The position numbers were made by a program, and so were the translations under genes. A stretch of DNA of 64,000 nucleotides from Macrostomum lignano (taxonomy: Eukaryota): NCBI GenBank assembly GCA_002269645.1, contig NIVC01001484.1, positions 279,134 to 343,133 of the forward strand. Reading direction: 5' to 3'. Under the pieces are notes generated by a model that had not been told where the DNA came from, did not search any database, and was given only the letters and a program-made list of their open reading frames with translations. Below, in pieces: positions 38,903 to 59,896 of this stretch. How positions within the stretch are numbered: the stretch's first letter is position 1; each line of letters begins with the position of its first letter.

Positions 38903-39778
38903 GGGAGTACGACGTTTGCTTTCGAGAAGTTTGCTTGCAGGAATTTTGCTTGCCGAACTTTGCTTGCCGAGCTTTGCTTGCGGAATTTTGCTAGCCGAAC
39001 TTTGCTTGCCGAACTTTGCTTGCGGAATTTTGCCTGCCAAACTTTGCTTGCCGAACTTTGCTTGCCGAAGTTTGCTTGCAGGAAATTTGCTTGCAGGAAT
39101 TTTGCTTGCCGAAGTTTGCTTGCAGGAACTTTGCTTGCCGAACTTTGCTTGCGGAATTTTGATGTCTGCTTCCTAGAAATTCGCAATCACAATTGCAAGG
39201 TTTTAACTTGCCGAATTAGAATATTTTCTTGTCTGCTTGCTTGTTTTGATTGCTTGTGAAGTTGGTCCGTCAATTATTACTTACTACAGATGCTTTGCAA
39301 GTGGATTCTTATCAGCGTCGACGTAAACTGACTTGACACTGAGCTTTCAAACTAGGCTTATAGAGTTTCATTCTAAGAATTTAGGGGTCGCAATATAAAG
39401 CTGTCGCAGCGTAAGTTCAATCGTACGTCGGAACTTTTACACTACGGAGATGGGAGCTAAGAACGATCTTATCTTACGATGTTCTGCATTAGGGCTTTTC
39501 AAATCCGCCATATCCTCATACAAAATCATAACACTATAGGCGACTTCCACGAATCTTAGAATACAAAAATTAGAAATACAAGAGCTCAATAATAGGTTCT
39601 TTAAGGTTCCGCAAGAAAACTGTGGCTGGCAAATCTCGGCAAGCAAAGTTCCTGCAAGCAAACTTCGGCAAGCTTATGTGCAGCAAGCAAATTTCCTGCA
39701 AGCAAAATTCGGCAAGCAAAGCTCGGCAAGCAGACTTCGGCAAGCAAACTTCTCGCGAGCAAATTTCATAGACCCCCC
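38903..39778. mobile_element. Foldback-like element: inverted arms made of short tandem repeats (tttgcttgccgaac / gttcggcaagcaaa) around a unique spacer
   Basis: The left arm at about 38915-39170 and the right arm at about 39630-39775 are reverse complements, including the outer motif tttgctt(t/c)(c/g)cgagaag. Confidence 0.75.
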
Positions 39779-40109
39779 AGAGAGTGTACATGCTTGATGA
39801 TGATTAGAAAGTCAGGATCGGTGTACACCCTGTGTGAGCGTACATGCCTGCAGTACAGTATTCGCGCGCATTTCCATGCCCACTTCTTGACTTACTTAAA
39901 TGAGCTTCCCCTATTATTCTTTTAGTTTATTTATTCAAATTAAGTTTGTTAGTTTATTATGCTTCGTAAATTGGAACAAGTTAATAACAGTTAGGCTTCC
40001 ATTCCAGAATTTGCGCTAGTGTAGAAGTCCTTGACTCGGCCATTTTTTGTAGCGTCCCACAGCTACAGCTAGTTATTAATCGGATTGGATGCTGCAGCTA
40101 GCGGAGAGT

Positions 40110-41066
40110 ATGGGCGGACATGGGCGGCTGGGTGTTTTTTGCTTATTTCCTAACCTCTAGTCTATCCTCTCTGCCCCTCTCGATTCAACTGAATATTAAC
40201 TAACCTCGCTTTTAGCGCTCTGCTAAACCCCGTGACAGTTTCGCATTGCCTGATATTCCTTAATTCCTACAGGTGTCGCTTCGTTTTTTTTAGCATCTTC
40301 TGTAGCAATTCTACTAGAGGCTATGCCTGATCCCGCAGTTAGAGCAGCTAATAGAGTAAGATTAATTTTTGCATGACTTCATGTTACATCTCAGCGTCGC
40401 TTTTATGTTATAGTTATATATATATTTATTGCATTTGCGTTTCTATTCCAGGCGCAATACAACAGTCAAGCTTCTCTAGAATCAGCAGCGGCAGTAACGA
40501 CAGATAGAGAAGTTTCCGAATATTTAGTTTCAACACTAACGCCCCCAGTGGCTGGTAATGCAAGCACAGTAGTATCTACTGCAGCCGCTCCTACCGCAGA
40601 GTTCTTACCAGGTCTAACCATTCTGCTTGGCATTGCCGTCATAGTATTGTCACTAATCCTATTAGTAATCTGCTGTCGCCACTATTGTCCTTGTTGTCGT
40701 TGGTATCGACGAGATCATCGATTTAACTATAATAATAATAACAATATTGAACAGTTTTACGATCACAGCGATGCCTCGGTTGGTGGTGCGTTTCTACATG
40801 ACGCCTTAGTTGGCAAGAAGCATGTGCCGGTGATCTTTGCCGAAGAGCTGGAAGCTGCCGCCGAAGTTGAAGCGATGTCATTGGGCACGTCCCGTCCGAT
40901 GGTGCTACCTGTGGAAAGGCCGCCTGTTGAAATGCCGGCCATTTTCGATGACGAAGAAGAGAATGGCGAACACATGGACGCAGACGAAGCCGTTCGCATG
41001 GTGGGTGGAGTTGGCAGCTTTGAGCGCCTTCGCTATGGTAACAAGCCACCGCCGCCTCCGCCTTGA
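40110..41066 (+). CDS. Orphan type I single-pass membrane protein, about 239 aa (signal peptide, Ser/Thr/Ala-rich ectodomain, TM helix, Cys-rich juxtamembrane segment, C-terminal poly-Pro)
   Basis: Tentative join(40110..40131,40273..40355,40452..41066) is phase-consistent. TM segment LTILLGIAVIVLSLILLVICC followed by RHYCPCCRW; ends KPPPPPP*. Exon 3 is well supported, exons 1-2 less so. Confidence 0.7.
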
Positions 41067-41539
41067 CGAGACCAGCTGGCTGACCAGCCTTCAAGCTGAC
41101 TTGGATTAGATTTCTGACTTGGGATCAATGCAACTCGGCCTGAAATAATAATCAGAAATATTTTTTTTCTAAGAAACACTGTCGACGATTGGGAATTATT
41201 TTAACAAGAACAACAGCTGCCATCGTCTTAAACAATTTCGGAGAATCCTCCTTACGTATTTGTAAAAAGTTGCGTTTAAAAACAGCGTTGAAAAAAATCT
41301 TCCTAAGCGATATGAAAGAATAACCTTTACTGTAAAGTCACATAATCTTAATATCCTTTAAAAGTCTTGAACGAGTCTCACTTCGTTCTCTCGAGTCTTA
41401 AACAAATGGCCTTGATGGGTCCTTACTAATCGCCGATAAACTGTCCTAAAGAATCTCCCTTTAGTAGGATAGGGAGAATAGGCTTGAACAGACTTGGACT
41501 ATCTTCTTAAAACAGTCGTAAAGCATTGCCCTTGAACTG

Positions 41540-41870
41540 TGTTGAAAAATTACCGTGAAACAGACTTGAAGAATCGCCCTTAAAACAGTCCTGAAGGATT
41601 GCCCTTGAATTGTCTTGAAAGATTACCGTGAAAGGCTTGAAGAATCGCCCTTAAAACAGTCCTGAAGGATTGCCCTTGAATTGTCTTGAAAGATTACCGT
41701 GAAAGGCTTGAAGAATCGCCCTTAAAACAGTCCTGAAGGATTGCCCTTGAATTGTCTTGAAAGATTACCGTGAAAGAGACTTGAAGAATCGCCCTTAAAA
41801 CAGTCCTGAAGGATTGCCCTTGAATTGTCTTGAAAGATTACCGTGAAAGGCTTGAAGAATCGCCCTTAAA
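41540..41870. repeat. About 71-bp tandem repeat downstream of the membrane-protein gene
   Basis: About 4.5 near-identical units (cagtcctgaaggattgcccttgaattgtcttgaaagattaccgtg...). Confidence 0.93.
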
Positions 41871-43649
41871 CAGTCTAACTTGGATTGTGTTGAAAACATA
41901 CCAAGAAACAGTCCTAAAGAGTCGCTGGGCAAAAGTATTTCCTCATTACCGCTAAAGTATTCCGCACAGACCAGTTGCACGCGTTCGTACATTCAATATT
42001 TTTCTTTCTGCGAAGAATTGGTTTTTTGTATCGAAACATTTTTTGCTCAATTTGACTCTAAGTGGAACGGATATTGCTTTAAAAAAATGCACATTTTTAG
42101 TAGCGCCCTAACTACGAGTGTACTCGCGTTTTCGTTTTAGATCTTTTGCACCAATGCAGCTTTGGTTTCAGCATGTATAAGAGCGTACCATAATCTAGTA
42201 GTCATACCAATTTTGCACTGCCTGTACATGTAATATCCGTGTATTTAAAACTCGGCATCATGCATCTAGTCATGCATCTAACTAGACAACTCAATACGGA
42301 ACAGCAGAACAGAACAAAGAGCCATCGTACTGATTAATCAGTTCCTAAAAGTTACCAAAACTCCAAGAAGATGAAGCAGCGCGTGTACGTATTTGTTCAT
42401 CGTGCAGTTTCTTGTGACGTCTGACGCCTTTTTGGTGAACGATCTCGGCGTCCAGTTGTCTCGTATCGTCTTCTGATTGAGTAGAGAGTTCGGATCTTTA
42501 CATTCAGCCACGGATCGCAATTGCCAATGTTGCTTCTCCACGTTCCATACTCTCTGATTACTCCTAAATTGACTGGAACGACAGCTTTGGCCATAGAACA
42601 CCCCTATAGCTATGTGAATTCATGTAGACGTTTTTTTCCTTTACGACTCTAATTGACTGCTCACAGGACCAAATTAAGTGGGAAATGCTATGTCTATGGT
42701 AAATAATGTAAGTAAATACTACACTTAGCCATAGACAATGAAGCCAGTCAAACTGATACATACAATCTATCGGACAGCTCGCTATTCAAAGCTGCACTCT
42801 CCCACAGACTGACAGCAAAGCCAGTTGTTTCAGGCTCTGCTCTCTAGTTAAATGGCAAGCAAGTTAAGAATTTCTAAGTTCTGCTTACATAACTTTCTAC
42901 ATTTGGTTCTGATTGTAATCATTTAGCAACTAACAAAAGCAGTTGTTATTAAAGAAATGAGAGATTATTTATAGCACAGGTGAATTCCCACTAAATTGTT
43001 TTAAAGACAGGGACAGACACATTGAAAGCAATTCTTAATTCCAGCAACAAAGGACATGTCAACACTTGAGCTCATAAAGTGAAGCCTGGGTAACCTATGT
43101 ATAAAGATGGTGCATTATTTTGCTCACAGTATCACTAAGAAGCTGGGTTTGGCAGATAAGCGAAGAAAATTGGAATTTGGATGAGGGAGAACAAGCAAAG
43201 GGATAATCGGGGACTCCTTTTTATGTGCTTAAGTTGAAATTATAGTCCATAATCACAATCCCCAATCCCAAGATTGTGATATTGTGATTGAAAATACTCT
43301 ATTATTACTACTTATTTGCTAGTTGGCTGTGAACATGTTTTTTCTATTTAAAATGATTGTATTGCTATTTTTGCGAAAATATTTTTGCTTATTTATAGCT
43401 AGTCAATTGTTATCCGCAATTTTTTCTAATTGATTGCATGCCTTTTGCAAAGGTAAACTTTTCCAAACAATGTCAATTATTAAGTTTACTAATTCTGCTT
43501 CCGTTACAACTAAAACTTTACTACTGTACTAGTTTACATGTATTATAAGTATTATAGATTTTACTAGCTAAATAATAATGCAATAAAAATGGTGCAATGT
43601 TTTTAAAAGCTATCAGCAAAGTTTTTGTAATTTATTTACACAAATCTTG

Positions 43650-44160
43650 GCCAACCCTATAAACCCTACCATTAACACAGCTCCTGCCCAACCCCTTCCC
43701 CCATGTCGCACAGCTCTTTCCCGCTATCCGTTACCCTTATGTACACAGCTCCTGCCCAACCTCTTCCCCCCATGTCGCACAGCTCTTTCCTGCTATCCGT
43801 TACCATTATGTACACAGCTCCTGCCCAAACCCTTCCCCCCATGTCGCACAGCTCTTTCCTGCTATCCGTTACCATTATGTACACAGCTCCTGCCCCACCC
43901 CTTACCCCCATGTCGCACAGCTCTTTCCTGCTATCCGTTACCATTATGTACACAGCTCCTGCCCTACCCCTTCCCCCCATGTCGCACAGCTCTTTCCTGC
44001 TATCCGTTACCATTATGTACACAGCTCCTGCCCTACCCCTTCCCCTTATGTACACAGCTCCTGCCCTACCCCTTCCCCTTATGTACACAGCTCCTGCCCT
44101 ACCCCTTCCCCTTATGTACACAGATCCTGCCCTACCCCTTCCCTCTACGTACACAGATCA
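43650..44160. repeat. About 69-bp tandem repeat with shorter terminal subunits
   Basis: gtacacagctcctgccc...cgcacagctctttcctgctatccgttaccattat repeated about 5 times, then a shorter subunit. Confidence 0.93.
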
Positions 44161-44280
44161 CTTCTACAACCTATTTCTTTATCCTTAATCTTCATCGTAA
44201 AATAATTCTTGTGCATACAAACTGTTTCAGCTTGAAAATTGTGGCCGCTCAAAGTGGCACCATCTGCAGCGTACTTCTAG

Positions 44281-51953
<7,673 letters not shown>

Positions 51954-52074
51954 CTTTGAATTCCTGCTTGGTAAACATTGCATATTGGCTGTACACAGAA
52001 TAGGGATTAGCTGTGTACAGATTAGGGATCGGCTATGTAAAGTTGAATGATTGGTTGTGTAAAGCTGTTTAATT

Positions 52075-52605
52075 GATTTAGCTGCGTACAAATGTTGAGT
52101 TAGCTGTGTACAGATGTTTAGTTAGCTGTGTACAGATGTTGAGTTAGCTGTGTACAGATGTTGAGTTAGCTGTGTACAGATGTTGAGTTAGCTGTGTACA
52201 GATGTTGATTTAGCTGCGTACAGATGTTGAGTTAGCTGTGTACAGATGTTGAGTTAGCTGTGTACAAATGTTGAGTTAGCTGTGTACAGATGTTGAGTTA
52301 GCTGTGTACAGATGTTGAGTTAGCTGTGTACAGATGTTGAGTTAGCTGTGTACAGATGTTGAGTTAGCTGTGTACAAATGTTGAGTTAGCTGTGTACAGA
52401 TGTTGAGTTAGCTGTGTACAAATGTTGAGTTAGCTGTGTACAAATGTTGAGTTAGCTGTGTACAAATGTTGAGTTAGCTGTGTACAAATGTTGAGTTAAC
52501 TGTGTACAGATATTGAATTAGCTGTGTACAGATGTTGAATTAGCTGTGTACAGATGTTAAATTAGCTGTGTACAGATGTTAAATTAGCTGTGTACAAATG
52601 TTTAA
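52075..52605. repeat. 22-bp minisatellite (gttagctgtgtacagatgttga)
   Basis: About 24 units. Confidence 0.96.
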
Positions 52606-52690
52606 TTGTCCCTGCACAGGTACATAGTAGAAAATGCTGAGGTAAATTGTTTGATATCTAATTCCGTCTGGCCTAATGATTGCTTTTCAG

Positions 52691-53067
52691 TGTCTGAGCA
52701 GCAACCGCAGAAGCAGTCATTTACTCGCAGCCTCTGTATGGAGTGCGGTGACAGATTTACCTGTGTGGAACTGTTGATGATGCACCACCTTCAACAGCAC
52801 AGCAGGCGAGTGCCATCAAGCGCCTGCATCTGTCCGCACTGCTATCTGGTGCTGCCAACTCCGGATAGAATCCTGAAGCACATTGCCGCTCTGCATTTGA
52901 GATTTACCGACTCGGTGGGAAATTCTCCCATCGCTAATGGTGCTAACCGGCTGGCTGATAAGGGAGCTGACAGCGGAGCTGAATATTTCTGCGGAATCTG
53001 CAGGAAATTCTTCCGTCACAAGACCTCTTTGACGCGGCATAACCGCAATTTTCATAGCGGAGCTTAA
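52691..53067 (+). CDS. Exon encoding three C2H2 zinc fingers (terminal exon of the JmjC gene or of a separate gene)
   Basis: CMECGDRFTCVELLMMHHLQQH, CPHCYLVLPTPDRILKHIAALH and CGICRKFFRHKTSLTRHNRNFH each fit C-x2-C-x12-H-x4-H; acceptor ttgcttttcag at 52690; stop TAA at 53065-67. Confidence 0.8.
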
Positions 53068-53194
53068 CGCTTGCCAGGTCGTCTACGGAAGAAGTCTCTC
53101 TTGTGTTTTTCTGCTTCAACTCACTGGTTTTTGTAGCCTCTTGAGAAAGTAAAAATTTTGTGAAAAAATGAACTTAATCTGGGAGTAGGTTACC

Positions 53195-53810
53195 AAGTTT
53201 GGGCTTGGTGAATTTTGGGATTTGTGAAGTCTGGGATTTGAGAAGTTTGGGCTTGGTGAAGTTTGGGCTTTGTGAAGTTTGAGCTTGGTGAAGTTTGGGC
53301 TTAATGAAGTTTGGAATTTGTGAAGTTTGGGCTTTGTGAAGTTTGGGCTTTGTGAAGTTTGGGCTTTGTGAAGTTTGAGCTTTGTGAAGTTTGGGATTTG
53401 TGAAGTTTGGGCTTTGTGAAGTTTGAGCTTTGTGAAGTTTGGGCTTTGTGAAGTTTGGGCTTTGTGAAGTTTGAGCTTTGTGAAGTTTGGGCTTTGTGAA
53501 GTTTGGGATTTGTGAAGTTTGGGCTTTGTGAAGTTTAAACTTTGTGAAGTTTGGGCTTTGTGAAGTTTGGGCTTTGTGAAGTTTGGGCTTTGTGAAGTTT
53601 GAGCTTTGTGAAGTCTGGGCTTTGTAATTTTAAGCTTTGTGAAGTTTGAGCTTTGTGAAGTTTGAACTTTGTGAAGTTTGGGCTTTGTGAAGTTTGGGCT
53701 TTGTGAAGTTTGGGCTTTGTGAAGTCTGGGCTTTGTAATTTTAAGCTTGGTGAATTTTGGGCTTTGTGAAGTTTGAGCTTTAATATTTCAGCTTTGTGAA
53801 GTTTGGGGCA
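53195..53810. repeat. 16-bp minisatellite (gggctttgtgaagttt) after the zinc-finger stop
   Basis: About 35 units. Confidence 0.96.
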
Positions 53811-54189
53811 TCCTGGGCATGCTAAGCTGGTGAGCTAGATATCCAAAAAAGCGTTTCTTCTGATTTTTTAGAGATTTAGCCCAGCTTTATTTACGTTGGA
53901 CTGAAGTATAGTTATTTCGCGTTTTTTAGTGTTGTTTTTTGTTTGCCTATAAAAATCTTGCTGCTCCTTTCATTCAAACTGCTATGACAGCTATTGCCAT
54001 CCTTTTGTTTGTGTCATCTTTCGGTTTCTTAGTCTGTTTTTACAGCATGTTTTGGCATGTGATTGATGATTTTGCGTTTATTGCCATTGCGTCCGCTCAA
54101 TATCGTAGTCTGGTAATCAGACTGCACTTTCATACTTTTGTTGATGCAGTGTTAATCAAATCAATTCTGTTCAAACTCATCTATACCAC

Positions 54190-54580
54190 AAGAGTGTTGG
54201 TAGATCTAATCTAATCAATTTCATTTATACCTGGGTGTTGATAGATCTAATTGAATTCATTTATACCTGAGAGTTGATAGATCTAAGCAAACCCATCTAT
54301 ACTGAGAATTGATAGATCTAATCAAACCCATCTATACCTGAGAGTTGATAGATCTAATCAAACCCATCTATACTGAGAGTTGATAGATCTAATCAAACCC
54401 ATCTATACTGAGAATTGATAGATCTAATCAAACCCATCTATACCTGAGAGTTGATAGATCTAATCAAACCCATCTATACTGAGAGTTGATAGATCTAATC
54501 AAACCCATCTATACCTGAGAGTTGATAGATCTAATCAAACCCATCTATACCTGAGAGTTGATAGATCTAATCAAACCCAT
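54190..54580. repeat. 35-36 bp minisatellite (gttgatagatctaatcaaacccatctatacctgaga)
   Basis: About 11 units. Confidence 0.95.
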
Positions 54581-55852
54581 CGAAAGTTTTTCTACACCCG
54601 TATTTATTTCGAATTAATTATGCTAACAGCTTTGAATCTGCATGGCTAATGCAAATTGTCTGGGTGCCAACAATTGCAATTACCTGCATTACCAATACTT
54701 AAAATTGTTTTGCTCTGAACAGCTTATTCATTAATCAAGTTTCATTATACTACTATCATTTCTCTTAGTAACAATCAAAGCGTTTTGTTTTTTAATCTGT
54801 CTCATGTATTTATTACAATTTATTTGTTTAGAACGAATGTGCATTTGAGTGTTTCGTTTGAAACAGCTATTTAGCTTTACTTGTAAAGTACTTGACAAAG
54901 CTGCTAATTTAGCTGATAGAATTATTATAAAGCAGTTTTGTTAGTGTTTTTCCTCAGTTTTTAACATCATTTTTCTAGCTAATAATTTCTGCTAATAAAT
55001 AAATCAGAATAAAAATGCATTTTATTTAGCCAAATTAATTTGACTGCCAACTCTTTGTATCTGTTTCCGTTGTCTTTCAGGCTTTTGTTACCTATTATTT
55101 TATTATAAACTTGCCTGTTTTTCAGTTTGCTAGCTAGTAGTATGTTAAGATTGTAAAGCTACAAATTTAGTTAATCTTCTGGAGGATGAAAGAATAAATA
55201 ATCTGGCTGGCAGACAATCAGATAAGATAATAGGCGAGTCTGTAACTTAGTCATAAATTTTTAATTAGTCCAATAAAATCATTAGCACAGTATGCCTGCT
55301 TTTATTATCTGAAATAATCTGCCTCTGGATTCGCTGAATTAAATAGATCGGCCTCCAAATTTTGTAGTTTCCTGTCCCTAGTTATTGAGTAGTCCTTGGC
55401 ATGGCCATAGACTATTCATTTTTACTATTATCTGAGCGAGTAGATTAACAGTTAGGTTCTGTGGTTAAGTTTAAATGTAGATCATGAATGAAAAATTAAA
55501 TAACAAATATTCGCCAGAGGGTTGTGAGCACCCTGGCTCATCCCTATCCCTATCTTCAATTGTGACTTGAGAATGTCGCAAGCAGCCTATTCAGCTATAT
55601 ATACGTACTAGATATACTAACCACGGTCAACTCTGCTTAACTTGTACTGGTGGTAGAAATTTTACAGTCCAATACAAGTTCAACACAAAAGTTAAGCATT
55701 GGTATTTACAAAAAATGAAAAGTAAATAAAACGAATACAATTACACAGTGTATTTGGTTTTCTTTAGCTAGATGATGCACTGCACTCTTATTTGTGCATC
55801 ATGCTGCGGTGCACAACAAGTCAGCCACATTGAGTCTAAGTCCGCGCTGCTG

Positions 55853-56152
55853 CTATTGGTTGATAATAGACCGGACAAAGTCCTCGTACCGGATCTGGCC
55901 CTCCCCGTCGCAGTCGGCCTCTTTAATCAACGCGTCGACCTCTTCGTCTGTGAGTCGCTCTCCGAGTTGAGTTAGCTGGTTGCGCAGCTCGGAGGCCGAC
56001 ACCATGCCGCTGTTCTGCTTGTCGAACACGCGGAACGCCTCGATGATGGCCTCTTCAGTGTCGCGGGGCTTCATCTTCTCGGCCATGAGCGTCATGAATG
56101 TGTTGAGCTCGAGTACACCAGTCAGCTCGGAGTCGATCTCTTCAATGTACTC
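55853..56152 (-). CDS. Divergent calmodulin-like exon (EF2-EF4, 99 aa) with no exon 1 of its own; candidate alternative terminal exon of the upstream calmodulin gene
   Basis: [12 protein letters not shown]...[10 protein letters not shown]...[22 protein letters not shown] aligns without gaps (about 52/99 identical) to exon 56936-57235. AAG acceptor at the homologous position; an in-frame stop lies 4 codons upstream of the exon start. Confidence 0.85.
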   Translation of the reverse strand, partial: EYIEEIDSELTGVLELNTFMTLMAEKMKPRDTEEAIIEAFRVFDKQNSGMVSASELRNQLTQLGERLTDEEVDALIKEADCDGEGQIRYEDFVRSIINQ

Positions 56153-56335
56153 CTTTTGTTTGGTTTATTGAATGGCAAAGTAGTGTGTTATTGGCATGAA
56201 TTTTATTGTCGATACACCTAATACTGTAGGCTTAATTGTGCACACCCCTTCTCTTCCATGCTACTTATAGTAATGCAACCAGTACAGGAGCGTACATCAA
56301 AGCTGCATGTATTGAAATACTGGTAGCATTGTACC

Positions 56336-56585
56336 CAGGATCGGCAAACTATAGGTCATTTCATCTATTGGGCCCTCGGGTCCTTTTGACACAATGGATA
56401 TGAAGATCTATTCTCTCCCCTCTTCTCTATTCCCTCATCCCTATCTTCTCATCTCCTCTCTCTCTCATTCCATCCACACCTCATCTCATCTTCTCTCCTC
56501 TCCCAGTATTCCTTCTCGTTTCGCTCTTATCTGCCCCCCCCCAGCCACGAGCTACGAGCATAGATTCTTAATCTGCCGACCCCTG
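56336..56585 (+). mobile_element. Short hAT-like MITE with a CT-rich interior
   Basis: Ends caggatcggcaaact / atctgccgacccctg; no 8-bp TSD recognisable. Confidence 0.7.
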
Positions 56586-56935
56586 TATCATTAGAAACTA
56601 CGTTGTATAAATTAATATACATTTAATACATCAGGAATGTGTATATGAAATCAGCGTTGAACTTAATATGCCTGAATTTAGATAAAACGCAATTCAGTCA
56701 ATTTTGGCTATTTTATGTTTATTGGAACAATCGATATATTATAATTATTAAAGATATTAGTAGATAAAAATTAGAAGCGGGTCAAGGCTGCCAAAACGCA
56801 ATTTATTGATTAGGAAAACAGGATTATCTGGTACAGCAAACAGAATTTAAAGATTTTATATATAGCACAAAAATGTCAAGTCTTTTAGTTCATTTTCGGG
56901 CGCGATGATATGGCGGACGACACGATAGATCGAGT

Positions 56936-57622
<687 letters not shown>

Positions 57623-57703
57623 TTACTGGGGGCGTAAGGCTGTGTGTTTGCAGTTTTGTTTGCGAGAGGCGGTGGTCACACAGACTGCATCGGGTCGAGC
57701 AGC

Positions 57704-57710
57704 TTTTATA
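57704..57710 (-). promoter_or_regulatory. Probable TATA box of the calmodulin gene
   Basis: TATAAAA on the minus strand about 95 nt upstream of the ATG, in a GC-rich context with GC-box and CCAAT-like motifs further upstream. Confidence 0.6.
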
Positions 57711-58705
57711 AAAAGCCTGCGCTTATAGTCTGTCTGCTCCGCTGTCTGCAAGAGCTCGTCTCTCGGCAAAAGCAGCACCGAGGCCCGCAACCCCCTCCCT
57801 CCTCCGCCCACAGTCTTGACACCGAGTGAGTCCGAGAGGCGATTCAACAGTTTGCAATAAAACAGACACAAAACCTGCAGCTGCCATCCAAGCCCCCTTT
57901 GCTTGCCTTGGCACCTCCCCCCCCCGAGCAAATGCGGGGTGGGCCAATTACCGTCTCCAAGGCTCCAACTGACAGGGCAGTAAGGGCAAGATGCTAAACA
58001 TTAGTCTGAGTGAGTAAGCTCACCTCACCCAACCTCACGTTCGAAAAGTTGGTGGCCAAGGTAACAAACTTTTCAAGCCGCTGATTGGCCATGGAGCGCC
58101 TCGCAATAAAACCAGCAAAATGTTCATTAATCAGTCCAACCCCAGGCCAGGGAGGGGCAAGACACAATTGCTTGTCAGTAGGTGCGGCTGCTTCATCTTA
58201 TATAATAAACAACATTAATGACTCAACGAGACAGAAAACCAGTGCTGTTGTTTCATTTTCAAAATATTTGTCAACAGTTGCAGACTCGCAACTGCAAGAA
58301 TGGCAATTATAAAAATTATATTGGATATATTATGGACTGGGAATGTACGGAATGTGGCAAAGCCTAATTTATATCTGTCTTATTATTGATGACTTGACTT
58401 TCAATTTTAAACATACGGCGATAATTTTACCAGCAAAGCAGAGAGTGGAGTCAAGAGGAAAGGCCTCACAGAAGCGACAGAGGAAATGAATAACAAAATC
58501 TACAGATAGCATTGGAAATAAATATTAATAACTCATAATTAAGGCAATTATTATCAAGTTGAGGCAAGTTTCACATTGAGCAAAAAAACAAAACAATTCG
58601 AAATTTTAACAGTCTGAGATTCAAGGCGTTCCTCCAACTTTAAGGCAGAAAACACAACTTATTGGCTAAATAAAACTGAGGAAAAACAAGCCCGGTTTTT
58701 TACAG

Positions 58706-59300
58706 CAGGGGGCGGAAAACTTTTTTTTTAAATCATAAGCCAGATATAGATTCTAGCGCATGACTGCGGCTCAGAGAGAAGAGAAGACAGAAGAGAGATG
58801 AGGGGAGAGGGGAGAGGAAAGGAGATGAGAAGAGATGAGATGAGAGAGGAGAGAATGGAGATGAGAGATGAGGGGAGAGGGGAGAGATAAGAAGAAATGA
58901 GGGGAGAGAGGGGAGATAAGAGGAGCGGAGAGAGAGGGGAGACGAAAGGAGATGAGGGAAGAGATGGGAGATGAGAAGAGAGGGGAGAGAGGGGAGATGA
59001 GAGGAGAGAGGGGAGATGAGAGGAGCGGAGAGAGAGGGAGACGGGAAGAGATGAGAGAAGAGATGGGAGATGAGAAGAGAGGGAGAGAGGGAGATGAGGG
59101 AGAGAGGGGAGATGAGAGGAGCGGAGAGAGGGGAGACGGGAAGAGATGAGGGGAGAGATGGGAGATGAGAGGAGCGGAGAGAGAGGGGAGACAAGAAGAG
59201 ATGAGGGGAGAGAGGGGAGATGAGAGGAGAAGGGAGACGAGAGGAAATGAGGGAGAGATGGGAGATGGGAGGAGATGGGAGAGGCGAGAGGGAGAGAGGA
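58706..59300 (-). mobile_element. Partial, reverse-oriented copy of the hAT-like CT/GA-tract MITE
   Basis: cagggggcggaaaact...ctagcgcatgactgcggc is the reverse complement of the 3' end of the 59897-60702 copy; followed by about 530 bp of GA-rich sequence. Confidence 0.7.
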
Positions 59301-59896
59301 GATGAATATAACAGAATAATTGAACGTTGGAGTGAACCAGAGGATGCAAGCAGAGGGCGGCATTATTATACAGCTGAGCAACTTAGACAAAAGTGTAAAT
59401 ACGAAACAGTGGAGAAATTCGATTTAAACAGGACTGGCTGGATGGCAAACGAAGGCATTTCTTTCTGTTAGAAATATTGAAGAAAAAGCAACAAAAATCT
59501 AATTTATTAATAATATCGAAAATCTTTAGTCCAAGCTATTATAAAACATCGTTGCGGAAATGAAAAAAGATGACTACATGTAATAAATAAGTAAAAATTC
59601 ATCAGGTCGATGAAAGTAGCAAGATGCAGATATTATGAAAAATTTAATGCTTATCAGTTTGCGCTGTTAAACTGGACTGACAAACTATAAGGCGTAGATG
59701 GTTGGCTAATTTGTTAATTTGTTAGATCCTAACTATTGCAGTAGTATAATATATATTGGTGCAAAGCCAAACAACAAAATACTGATAAGAAAGCCATGAT
59801 AGTACAGGCAAGGTAGCAGCTAATTTACTAACCTACTAATATTAAAGTTTCTATTTTGATGCGTATAAATATTTTAACTTTTCTGAACTCTGCTAG

